A DNA stretch of 43,220 nt from a virus, in the IMG/VR virus record IMGVR_UViG_3300045988_055839. One strand, written 5' to 3'. Below the pieces are notes generated by a model. That model was not told where the DNA came from. It saw nothing but the letters and a program-made list of their open reading frames with translations, and did not search any database. Numbering within the stretch: the stretch's first letter is position 1; each line of letters begins with the position of its first letter. This document shows positions 1 to 6,479 of this stretch, in pieces. The translations under genes and the position numbers were made by a program.

Positions 1-136
1 CGAGCCGATCTGCGCGGAGTTACCGGACGAGCCGATCCGCGCGTAGTAACCGGACGAGCCGATCTGCGCGGAGTCACCGGACGAGCCGATCTTCGCGGAG
101 TCACCGGACGAGCCGATCTGCGCGGAGTCACCGGAC
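1..136 (-). repeat. 27-bp tandem repeat (5 units) encoding in-frame nonapeptide repeats SG[DNY][SY]A[QKR]IGS
   Basis: Units at 1-27, 28-54, 55-81, 82-108 and 109-135 differ at only a few positions. The minus-strand frame stays open and continues the ORF that starts at 474. Confidence 0.95.
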
Positions 137-474
137 AGATTCGTTCCATTCGTTTTTTCAAGTGTAAAATCAATGCACGCTTTCAAGAACCCTTTAAGTC
201 CGAGTTTTGCGCCAACGTGAATTTTATTTGTTGCCCGCTTTTCTCCGTCATTCCATACCTGCCCCAATGCTTCCACTTCCGCAAATTCAGAAAAATTTCC
301 GTTGCTATCCACGAGATCGTAATGGTTCAGAACCTCCCACGGGTCCTCGCAGAAATGCATAACGCCTTTATGGCAGCATCCCTCACCGTACTCCTCATAT
401 GTCGTGTTTTCCTCGTACTGTTTCCCTCTGCAGAAAAAATCTTTCTCGAATCCATTAAAACCTTTCATTCCCAT
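1..474 (-). CDS. Nonapeptide-repeat protein, N-terminal part (gene split by the window ends; continues at 43220)
   Basis: ATG at 474 with AAAGGAG about 8 nt upstream. Translates MGMKGFNGFEKDFFCRGKQYEENTTYEEYGEGCCHKGVMHFCEDPWEVLNHYDL...EKTNGTNL, then SGDSAQIGS-type repeats. No stop before position 1. The N-domain resembles a phage/bacterial family I recall as DUF7666 (unverified). Confidence 0.8.
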   Translation of the reverse strand, partial: MGMKGFNGFEKDFFCRGKQYEENTTYEEYGEGCCHKGVMHFCEDPWEVLNHYDLVDSNGNFSEFAEVEALGQVWNDGEKRATNKIHVGAKLGLKGFLKACIDFTLEKTNGTNLSGDSAQIGSSGDSAKIGSSGDSAQIGSSGYYARIGSSGNSAQIGS

Positions 475-549
475 TGCCTTTTCTCCTTTCATGTGCTATG
501 ATGATGTTGTCTTTTTATGGATGCCCTTCGTCTCTCCGGAGGGCATTTT

Positions 550-786
550 TTATATTCTCAACCACATCTGGAACACTCTGTCTTTCTTCTTTTTTGCCTT
601 TTCCGCTTCTGTTCTCTTTCGCTTCTCCTCCGCGTCAACCGCCAGAAAAGCAAGGAATCCAAGAATCATCAGTGAAAAGCACCAGAAGAACCCGCCCCAG
701 TTGATGTCGCTGATGGCCACGAGTGCCGTAACCCACAGAATCACTTCTGCTGCTACAATTTTTTTCTTCAATGCTTCGCCCTCCAT
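550..786 (-). CDS. Small membrane protein (78 aa)
   Basis: Track ORF. Two hydrophobic segments followed by a Lys/Glu-rich tail. GGAG upstream. The start overlaps the end of the upstream ORF 768..1055 (operon coupling). No family recognised. Confidence 0.55.
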   Translation of the reverse strand: MEGEALKKKIVAAEVILWVTALVAISDINWGGFFWCFSLMILGFLAFLAVDAEEKRKRTEAEKAKKKKDRVFQMWLRI

Positions 787-1055
787 TTCTCCAGCTCCAC
801 TGTGTCGAACACAAGCGGGCTGTTTTTCTTCATCGGGTTGATTTTCCTCACAACCCCCGCCGGTGCGTATTTCTCGGCGCGTTCAAGTACCGCTTCGCCC
901 AATAACGGGTTTTTCAGCTTAAGCAGCTCCGATTTCCGCATATACCTCGCCGGATATCGAATCCGGTTTTCTTCTGTTTTCTCTCTGATCCTGACCTCTC
1001 GGCCCAGAAACATAAAGAGCATCTTTTCCGCTTCTGCTTTCGTAATTTCTTCCAT
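768..1055 (-). CDS. Hypothetical early protein (95 aa), possibly an excisionase/MerR-like DNA-binding fold
   Basis: AAGGAGG about 8 nt upstream of ATG 1055. The pattern RYMRKSELLKL...PLVFDTVELEKW resembles HTH_17/excisionase-type domains. The functional call is weak. Confidence 0.55.
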   Translation of the reverse strand: MEEITKAEAEKMLFMFLGREVRIREKTEENRIRYPARYMRKSELLKLKNPLLGEAVLERAEKYAPAGVVRKINPMKKNSPLVFDTVELEKWRAKH

Positions 1056-1068
1056 CCGGGGAACCTCC

Positions 1069-1215
1069 TTACATCACCAACACGGCCGCCACAACCGTTA
1101 TCAGCACCACGAAAGTTACCAGCCAAGCGCCGAACCAGAATTTTGCTTTCTTTCTGGCTTCCCGTATCACCTCAACCGCGAACTCTTCCGCCTGCTCCCA
1201 TGTCGTTTCTTCCAT
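1069..1215 (-). CDS. Small tail-anchored membrane protein (48 aa)
   Basis: Internal Met32 of track ORF 1069..1308, chosen because AAGGAGG lies 5 nt upstream and the longer form would overlap the 1224..1817 gene. Has a C-terminal TM segment (FWFGAWLVTFVVLITVVAAVLV). Confidence 0.5.
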   Translation of the reverse strand: MEETTWEQAEEFAVEVIREARKKAKFWFGAWLVTFVVLITVVAAVLVM

Positions 1216-1223
1216 GTTCCTCC

Positions 1224-1817
1224 TTACTCGATTCGTTCCCACTGGAAGCGGCCTTTCCCTGAGTTGCGCCACTGTCCGATACCTCTGAGTGCGCCGTAAT
1301 CGAACCATTCAGCCACTGCTCCAGCCATCGTGTCAGTTAAGCACTGTACCGTGAACTCAATCCATGCTCCCGCTGGGATGCTCTCACTGTTCGCCAGGGC
1401 TGTTTTTTCTCCCTGTGGTGTCTGTCCCCTGAGCGGTCGCTCACAATTTCCGATTGTTCCCTCAAAATGAATCGGGATCTGACGTTCTTTCACAAAGATC
1501 AGTCCATCAATCTCTTTTTTGTAAGCCTTAATCTTAGAACTTTTTGTTCCTGGTACCTTTCTCAGCATTCCAGCCGCATCCTTGAAGAATCCCTTGATCT
1601 GGTAGTCCCAATAGATCGGCACTCCCTCTTTGTTTCTCGGGAATATGGTCATTCCCTTCTCGATGGCTGCTTCCACGCCGAGCGCTTCGACCTCTTCCTT
1701 CTTGCTCGGCGCGTTCGGTGCCATAGACGCAATATAGGTCTTATGGATCTCCTTATCTGCCGCCGCTGTTCCAAGAATTTCCTCGGTGAATGTTAATCTT
1801 ACTTTCATTTCCTTCAT
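1224..1817 (-). CDS. RAMP-like protein (Cas7/Csm3-like motif pattern), 197 aa
   Basis: Start at Met31 of the track ORF (AAGGAG 7 nt upstream). Motif order: N-terminal beta-strand plus LGT (KVRLTFTEEILGT), IPIYWDYQIKGFFKDAAG (compare IPGSSIKGxxR), SIPAGAWIEFTV, and a C-terminal glycine-rich loop GALRGIGQWRNSGKGRFQW (compare LGGGGTRGNGRIQF of Csm3). The coding call is solid; the family call is by eye only. Confidence 0.6.
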   Translation of the reverse strand: MKEMKVRLTFTEEILGTAAADKEIHKTYIASMAPNAPSKKEEVEALGVEAAIEKGMTIFPRNKEGVPIYWDYQIKGFFKDAAGMLRKVPGTKSSKIKAYKKEIDGLIFVKERQIPIHFEGTIGNCERPLRGQTPQGEKTALANSESIPAGAWIEFTVQCLTDTMAGAVAEWFDYGALRGIGQWRNSGKGRFQWERIE

Positions 1818-2337
1818 GTTGTTTCTCCTTTTCGTTTTGAATTTTGATCCTTTCGTTGCTCCGATACTCTTCTCCACGCCTTCGCGTATCAAATCGCCGC
1901 ACTTCATTTCTTTGCTCAGAAATTCCTTTCTGTGCTATTCCATTCCCTTGCCGAGCTGCTCGACGCTCTTCCGTTGCTCATCTTGGCTTACACTGCTATT
2001 CCTTTGCTCCGACCTGCGATTCCTTTCCGTAGCATTCCGGTTCGTTGGCTCGCTGTACCATGCCCTCGCTAAGCTCTACTGTTCGGAGCCATTCCATGGC
2101 TTTTCGTTGCCCAGTTTTTCGTAGATCCTCCTTCGCTTTTCAGCTCATGACGGTGCATCGCTATTCCATAACCCTTCTACTCAACGTTTTTCCTTGCCAT
2201 CGCTGATCATGCCCGCGCGTTGCTGCTCCTTTGCAACTCTATGCTCGTCTATTCTTTGCCTTTCCCTCGCAATTCCTTTGCATTTCAATCCGGCGTATTT
2301 CTTCGCTCCGCTTTTCCCTAGCGATTCAATGTCGTGC

Positions 2338-3090
2338 TTAGCCCCGCTCTTCCATCGCTGTGATAACTTTGTTGATGAAATATTTCTGTCCTTTCCCCGT
2401 CACTTTCGGGGTGCGGCTGATCCGAACATTTCCGTTCGGCTGGGTTATGGTTGACTCCTTGATCTCCATTACGCCGAGATCCATGCTCTTCTGAGTCGGC
2501 ATGTTGTAGCTGGCTCCGTCCTTCCGGATCAGATAACCGTTTTCCCGCATCCACTGGAAGAGCCGCTTCTCGCCGATGTCAACCCCATTCTGCTTAATCA
2601 ACTTTGCAAGGTCGCCGATCAAGATTGACGTTTTGCTTGCGCTCACCGCATCCGCGAAAATCTCTTTCGGTCGCATCCGTTCGATCGTCCGGTTCTGCTC
2701 CTCAATGGTTTTCTGCGCTTCGAGGACTGCCAGAGCCAGAAGTTCCTTTCCCTGCGGTGCTGTCTGCTGATACCCGCCGGTTTTCCGGATCGCTGGGAGA
2801 ACCTCCGACGTTATCCAGTGCTTGAATCTCTTTGCTTCTTCCATCTTGCTCGAGAGAATCAAGCTATACAGCCCGGATTCGTTAATCAGCGTCACTTCCC
2901 GCCGCTGACCTGCCAGAACGATTTGTTCGGTCAGCTTGTCCTCAGCGTCTACGTGATCTCGAATTGCTTTCTGCTGGTTTTGGTATTTCAGCACCTTAGC
3001 GATACTGGAGCCAACAAACCACGGTTCTCCGTTTCGCATCTCGATTCGAATGCTCCCGAACTCTGCATTCGTGATAATCATTTCGTTCAT
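2338..3090 (-). CDS. Phage antirepressor (Bro-N domain plus KilAC/ANT C-terminal domain), 250 aa
   Basis: N-terminus FGSIRIEMRNGEPWFVGSSIAKVLKY...INESGLYSLILSSKMEEAKRFKHWITSEVLPAIRKTG is a typical Bro-N domain. The C-terminal half (ILIGDLAKLIKQNGVDIGEKRLFQWMRENGYL) is a typical KilAC domain. Confidence 0.9.
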   Translation of the reverse strand: MNEMIITNAEFGSIRIEMRNGEPWFVGSSIAKVLKYQNQQKAIRDHVDAEDKLTEQIVLAGQRREVTLINESGLYSLILSSKMEEAKRFKHWITSEVLPAIRKTGGYQQTAPQGKELLALAVLEAQKTIEEQNRTIERMRPKEIFADAVSASKTSILIGDLAKLIKQNGVDIGEKRLFQWMRENGYLIRKDGASYNMPTQKSMDLGVMEIKESTITQPNGNVRISRTPKVTGKGQKYFINKVITAMEERG

Positions 3091-3232
3091 GCTTCCACCT
3101 TCTTTCTGTGGTCAAGAAAAGCTATTTTGCGTACCGAGCACCGCTTGCGATGCTCAATATATGTTTTTATATCTTTTTCTTATTCTTATTCTTATTCTAG
3201 GGGCGTTACTGTGACGCTACACCTCTGTTAGC

Positions 3233-3253
3233 GTAACGTTATGATAACGTTAC
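3233..3253. promoter_or_regulatory. Perfect 10-bp-arm palindrome GTAACGTTAT-g-ATAACGTTAC upstream of the antirepressor gene (putative operator)
   Basis: Read directly from the sequence. Additional GCGTTAC/GCGTAAC half-site-like copies lie at about 3203-3240. Sits in an AT-rich 400-bp intergenic region between divergent genes. Confidence 0.45.
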
Positions 3254-3493
3254 TAAGCAAATTGCAATGTTCCTAGTTGCATTTTGCTGTGCATTAAAAT
3301 GGTAAAAAATGCACGATTTTTTCTAAAAGCCAGCATAAATTTCTTAATAGTTTTTCTCCGTTAAAGAAAACATTTATTAAAATCGAAATCACGCTGAGGA
3401 TAATTGCTAATGTCGAATTTTCCAATTTTTTGCTATTTTCCATCGCTTCTCCCTCTTTTTTGTGGTATACTCCGCTTGAAAGGAGGTGCGAAA

Positions 3494-3673
3494 ATGGATT
3501 TTCATATTCCTAACCTTGCAAACGGAACATTCGTTCCTATGGAAGTTCAGCTAAGAGAAGCCAAGGAAAGAGAACTTCGCAAAAAGCAGCGTCGTCATGA
3601 TTTTCTTGTAACTCTCTTTAGCGTGGTCGCAAGCGTAATCGCCGGATTGATTACCGACCTTCTTGTTCATTAA
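3494..3673 (+). CDS. Small tail-anchored membrane protein (59 aa)
   Basis: ATG 3494 preceded by AAAGGAGGTG. Basic middle (RELRKKQRRH) and a C-terminal TM segment (FLVTLFSVVASVIAGLITDLLV). Confidence 0.55.
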   Translation: MDFHIPNLANGTFVPMEVQLREAKERELRKKQRRHDFLVTLFSVVASVIAGLITDLLVH

Positions 3674-3769
3674 TTATCTGAAAAGCCAATGAGCAAGAAA
3701 ACAACCAAATGCTCCGCAGGTTATAGAAAGTGCACTGCAAAGAATCCAAAACGCAACTCTATTTCTCAT
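3674..3769 (-). CDS. Small hydrophobic peptide (31 aa), convergent with 3494..3673
   Basis: ATG 3769 with AAGGAGG 6 nt upstream. Translates MRNRVAFWILCSALSITCGAFGCFLAHWLFR. Below the 60-aa track cutoff. Its stop codon directly abuts the stop of the plus-strand gene. Confidence 0.4.
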   Translation of the reverse strand: MRNRVAFWILCSALSITCGAFGCFLAHWLFR

Positions 3770-3841
3770 GGCTGACCTCCTTTCCTGTCTTTGGAGAGGA
3801 CGTTGGCCATTTTAAATTTTTCCGCATATCCACCTCCTGTT

Positions 3842-3988
3842 TCAGAATCCGTCCATGATCGCTAACGCGGTCAACGCTGCCGCCGACCAATATAGAATCT
3901 TTGGCTCTGTTCTCTTCTCCTTAATTCCGTTCATCGCCGCGAAAAGAAATAAGAATATGTTCAGAGCCAAGATAAACGTTTTCTTCAT
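3842..3988 (-). CDS. Small two-TM membrane protein (48 aa)
   Basis: Met42 of track ORF 3842..4111, preceded by AAGGAG. Translates MKKTFILALNIFLFLFAAMNGIKEKRTEPKILYWSAAALTALAIMDGF. Confidence 0.5.
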   Translation of the reverse strand: MKKTFILALNIFLFLFAAMNGIKEKRTEPKILYWSAAALTALAIMDGF

Positions 3989-3998
3989 GGCTTTCTCC

Positions 3999-4148
3999 TT
4001 ATGTTTTCTGTAACCGGGCTTTGTCCGCTTCTTCTCTATCGCGAAGTGCCGAAAGATAGATGATGACCATGTTCTTACTGTCTTCTGGCAGTGACATGAA
4101 AATATCTGCAAATTTCTTGCAATCTTCTTTATCTTTTTCTGCTACCAT
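3999..4148 (-). CDS. First leftward (lytic-direction) gene, 49-aa acidic protein
   Basis: ATG 4148 preceded by AAAGGAGGTGAGTAC. Translates MVAEKDKEDCKKFADIFMSLPEDSKNMVIIYLSALRDREEADKARLQKT. Lies immediately downstream of the consensus leftward promoter. Confidence 0.5.
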   Translation of the reverse strand: MVAEKDKEDCKKFADIFMSLPEDSKNMVIIYLSALRDREEADKARLQKT

Positions 4149-4162
4149 GTACTCACCTCCTT

Positions 4163-4232
4163 TGTACTTTGTACATTCTCAATATAGCACCATGTACATA
4201 CTTTGTCAACATGTTTTTTCGTACTTTGTACG
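4163..4232. promoter_or_regulatory. Three operator-like boxes of the genetic switch (GTACTTTGTAC twice exactly, plus GTACATACTTTGTCAAC)
   Basis: tGTACTTTGTACa at 4163-4175, cGTACTTTGTACg at 4220-4232, and a related box at 4191-4213 overlapping the -35/spacer of the leftward promoter. Confidence 0.6.
4181..4209 (-). promoter_or_regulatory. Leftward promoter (TTGACA-17 nt-TGcTATATT)
   Basis: On the minus strand: TTGACA, a 17-nt spacer ending in TG, then TATATT. About 30 nt upstream of the RBS of the 49-aa gene. Confidence 0.65.
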
Positions 4233-4242
4233 ATTTTTTCTA

Positions 4243-4271
4243 TTGATATTTTGCTCATTCTGGTGTAAACT
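4243..4271 (+). promoter_or_regulatory. Rightward promoter (TTGATA-17 nt-TAAACT) for the Xre-type gene
   Basis: TTGATA at 4243-4248 and TAAACT at 4266-4271, followed by AGGAGG and ATG 4293. Confidence 0.55.
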
Positions 4272-4292
4272 ATCATTAGACAGGAGGTGAAA

Positions 4293-4646
4293 ATGTTGCA
4301 TGAAAGATTGAAAATGCTGCGTAAAGCCTTAAACATAGGTAGCCAGCAAAAATTCGCAAACGATCTTGGGATATCGTTTTCGAACGTCTCAAGTTATGAG
4401 ATGGGAAGGCGAACCCCTTCTGATGCCGTCATTAAATTAATTTGTGAGAAATATAATGTGCGGGAAGAATGGCTCCGAGATGGAGAAGGTGAAATGTTTC
4501 GTGATGTTGATGTAGACTTCGGAACTATATGTGCTGAAATCGGAATTGAAGACTTGAAAGCCAAAGAAGCAATTATGAAATATTATCATCTGTCAAAAGA
4601 AGACAAGGAACTTTTTTGGAAGTTCATGGATCGTTTTTCGAAATAA
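4293..4646 (+). CDS. Xre-family HTH transcriptional regulator (117 aa)
   Basis: LKMLRKALNIGSQQKFANDLGISFSNVSSYEMGRRTPS is a canonical HTH_3 motif. ATG 4293 lies 5 nt after AGGAGG (the track begins at GTG 4287). Confidence 0.85.
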   Translation: MLHERLKMLRKALNIGSQQKFANDLGISFSNVSSYEMGRRTPSDAVIKLICEKYNVREEWLRDGEGEMFRDVDVDFGTICAEIGIEDLKAKEAIMKYYHLSKEDKELFWKFMDRFSK

Positions 4647-4681
4647 AAGAAGCAGGGGTCAGTTCCCCTGCTTCTTATTTT
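4647..4681. terminator. Rho-independent terminator (12-bp stem AAGAAGCAGGGG/CCCCTGCTTCTT), bidirectional context
   Basis: Perfect hairpin directly after the TAA of the Xre gene, followed by ATTTT. The convergent 45-aa ORF ends inside it. Confidence 0.8.
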
Positions 4682-4796
4682 CCGCGTATAATCTTTTTAC
4701 AAAGCCATAAATCATATCAATGTACGCTGGATTGTAAATTTCGTCTACCATCCGTTTTATTTCTTTCTTTTTGTCTTCCGGTTGTTCATCTCTCAT
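4659..4796 (-). CDS. Small hypothetical protein (45 aa)
   Basis: ATG 4796 with GGGAGG about 10 nt upstream. Translates MRDEQPEDKKKEIKRMVDEIYNPAYIDMIYGFVKRLYAENKKQGN. Below the track cutoff. Confidence 0.35.
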   Translation of the reverse strand: MRDEQPEDKKKEIKRMVDEIYNPAYIDMIYGFVKRLYAENKKQGN

Positions 4797-4942
4797 GATT
4801 ATGTACCTCCCTGACAGTGCCAATCAAAATAGTGATACCACGATTATAGAACATTTGTTCGATAATGTCAACCGTGCGCCACGTATCTGCCTATTTCGAT
4901 ATACAGAATCTCTAATTTTTCAACTTTTTTCTCCCCCCTTAT

Positions 4943-4969
4943 TGACAGTTTTTAAAAATATGATAAAAT
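4943..4969 (+). promoter_or_regulatory. Promoter for the CI-like repressor operon (TTGACA ... TGaTAAAAT extended -10)
   Basis: TTGACA at 4943-4948 and TGATAAAAT at 4961-4969. The spacer is short (about 15 nt) but the extended -10 is present. Confidence 0.5.
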
Positions 4970-5097
4970 TTTCTGTATAACATCTTTATACTTATATTAC
5001 ACCGGATACCGCACAAGATGTTGACGTAATTTCATGTGTGCTTGCTCTTTTGCTTGATAATTTTCGTCAGAATCTTGATACAAAGGGGGAATTTAAG

Positions 5098-5832
5098 GTG
5101 ACTACAAAGAAAGAGATGTTAGACACGTTTGCGGAAAATCTGGAAAAAGAGCGCATAAAGCTCGGGTATACTCAATGTGATTTCGCGAAAAAGCTGGGGA
5201 TTTCGGCATCTTCTTACCGGAACATCATTTCCCGCCGCGTGGACACGTTCAGTATCATGCTTGCGCCGAAACTCTATGAGCTGACAGGAAGATTCTTATA
5301 CGAGATGTTCGGGCAACGCAGTATCGAGATTGAAGTGCTGAACAAATTCCGCAAATTAACAGATCGGCAGAAAGCCTACATAACCGCCAAAATAGAATTC
5401 GAGCTTGAGATGAAAGCCAAAGAAGAAGATCCTGCGAACATGTTGGATGTCCTGCTTCTGACAGGAAACATGGAAGATGGGATGGTTCTGGATTCCGCAC
5501 ATGAAGAGCATGTGTATTGCCCGGAATATATCAAGAAATACGGAGAGCGGCTGCACTGTGGCATCCGGATAACATCGAACCACTTACATCCCGTATATAT
5601 CAAGGGTGATATCATCGGAATCTCGAAGCGGCCGCCCAGGGACGGTGATACATGCGTCCTGGTCAATAAAAAGAACGGGCGGGCGTACATCCGTAAATTT
5701 ATCCAGTCGGAACCGTGCAGAATGGAGCCGATAAACGGGTATGGGGAGGTCATAACCATAGATCACAACAACCCGGACGAGATGAGGGAATGGGTTATAT
5801 TTGGCGTGGTTATCACGGTTCTGCGCAGATAG
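5098..5832 (+). CDS. CI/LexA-like repressor: N-terminal Xre HTH plus C-terminal S24 peptidase domain
   Basis: HTH: [29 protein letters not shown]-terminal S24 pattern: [18 protein letters not shown]...[19 protein letters not shown], with Ser and Lys retained at the expected positions. GTG 5098 follows AAGGGGGA by 7 nt; ATG 5116 is an alternative start (the track starts at 5038). Confidence 0.8.
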   Translation: MTTKKEMLDTFAENLEKERIKLGYTQCDFAKKLGISASSYRNIISRRVDTFSIMLAPKLYELTGRFLYEMFGQRSIEIEVLNKFRKLTDRQKAYITAKIEFELEMKAKEEDPANMLDVLLLTGNMEDGMVLDSAHEEHVYCPEYIKKYGERLHCGIRITSNHLHPVYIKGDIIGISKRPPRDGDTCVLVNKKNGRAYIRKFIQSEPCRMEPINGYGEVITIDHNNPDEMREWVIFGVVITVLRR

Positions 5833-5843
5833 GGGGAATCAAT

Positions 5844-6233
5844 ATGGCAGAGACAAAATATTGCAAACATTGCGGACAGGTTATTGACGCGGATTGTGTC
5901 GTGTGTCCGAAGTGTGGAAAGCAGGTTGAGGATCTTAAAACAGATCAGAAGAACGTTATTATTAATAACAACAACAGTAGCAGCGCATCCTCTTCTGCTT
6001 CTTCATCAGCAGCGGCAGCGGCGAGTGCAAGCCAAGGAGTATACGTCACAGGAAAACCAAAAAATAAATGGGTTGCTTTCTTCCTGTGCCTTTTTACTTT
6101 ATGCGGACACAAATTCTACGAAGGAAAATTCGGAATGGGTATCCTGTACCTCTGTACCCTGGGGATTTTTGGAATCGGCTGGATTATCGACCTGTTTACG
6201 ATTCTAGGAAAACCGAATCCGTATTATGTATAG
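5844..6233 (+). CDS. Zinc-ribbon plus TM2-domain membrane protein (129 aa)
   Basis: N-terminal CKHCG...CPKCG zinc ribbon, a Ser/Ala-rich linker, then a C-terminal TM2-like motif ([43 protein letters not shown]). Confidence 0.8.
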   Translation: MAETKYCKHCGQVIDADCVVCPKCGKQVEDLKTDQKNVIINNNNSSSASSSASSSAAAAASASQGVYVTGKPKNKWVAFFLCLFTLCGHKFYEGKFGMGILYLCTLGIFGIGWIIDLFTILGKPNPYYV

Positions 6234-6245
6234 ATAATAAAAAAT

Positions 6246-6282
6246 GGCCTAACAGACTGTGGCGCAATCTGTTAGGCCTTTC
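6246..6282 (+). terminator. Rho-independent terminator (GGCCTAACAGA/TCTGTTAGGCC)
   Basis: 11-bp perfect stem with an 11-nt loop, followed by TTTC. Directly downstream of the TM2 gene. Confidence 0.7.
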
Positions 6283-6479
6283 ATAAGAGGTTACTCCCCG
6301 GAAGGAATAATCTAATGAACATGATTATGTTATCACACTTCCGGCGGCTTCGCAAGTGGAACGGGAAAATTTTCGATTTTTTTCGACTATTTTTTCCCGT
6401 CTGTTTGCGGCCGCTTTTTTGCACCCATTTTGCGCCGTCTCTGTGGCTTTTCCAGCCACTAAACGAAAGGAGCCTATAG

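Noticed and set aside
1-136. Regularly spaced 27-bp repeats at both window ends, considered as a CRISPR array or as prophage att/terminal repeats
   Set aside because: The units are contiguous with no spacers. They are in frame and encode a nonapeptide repeat inside a single ORF that continues across the window junction. The true att site (a tRNA-Lys fragment next to int) is internal at about 7.7 kb.
217-841. Plus-strand ORFs 217..501, 404..841 and 474..704
   Set aside because: They overlap the minus-strand repeat-protein N-domain and the small membrane gene, have no RBS and a hydrophobic junk-like composition, and the minus-strand alternatives have RBSs and recognisable domains.
1908-2337. 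Small minus-strand ORFs (21-33 codons, for example ATG at 2097, 2158 and about 1981), or a CRISPR-like mini-array, in the ORF-free region
   Set aside because: None has an RBS at proper spacing, and the repeated words (8 nt) are too short and irregularly spaced to be CRISPR repeats. The region as a whole is kept only as an unexplained-region finding.
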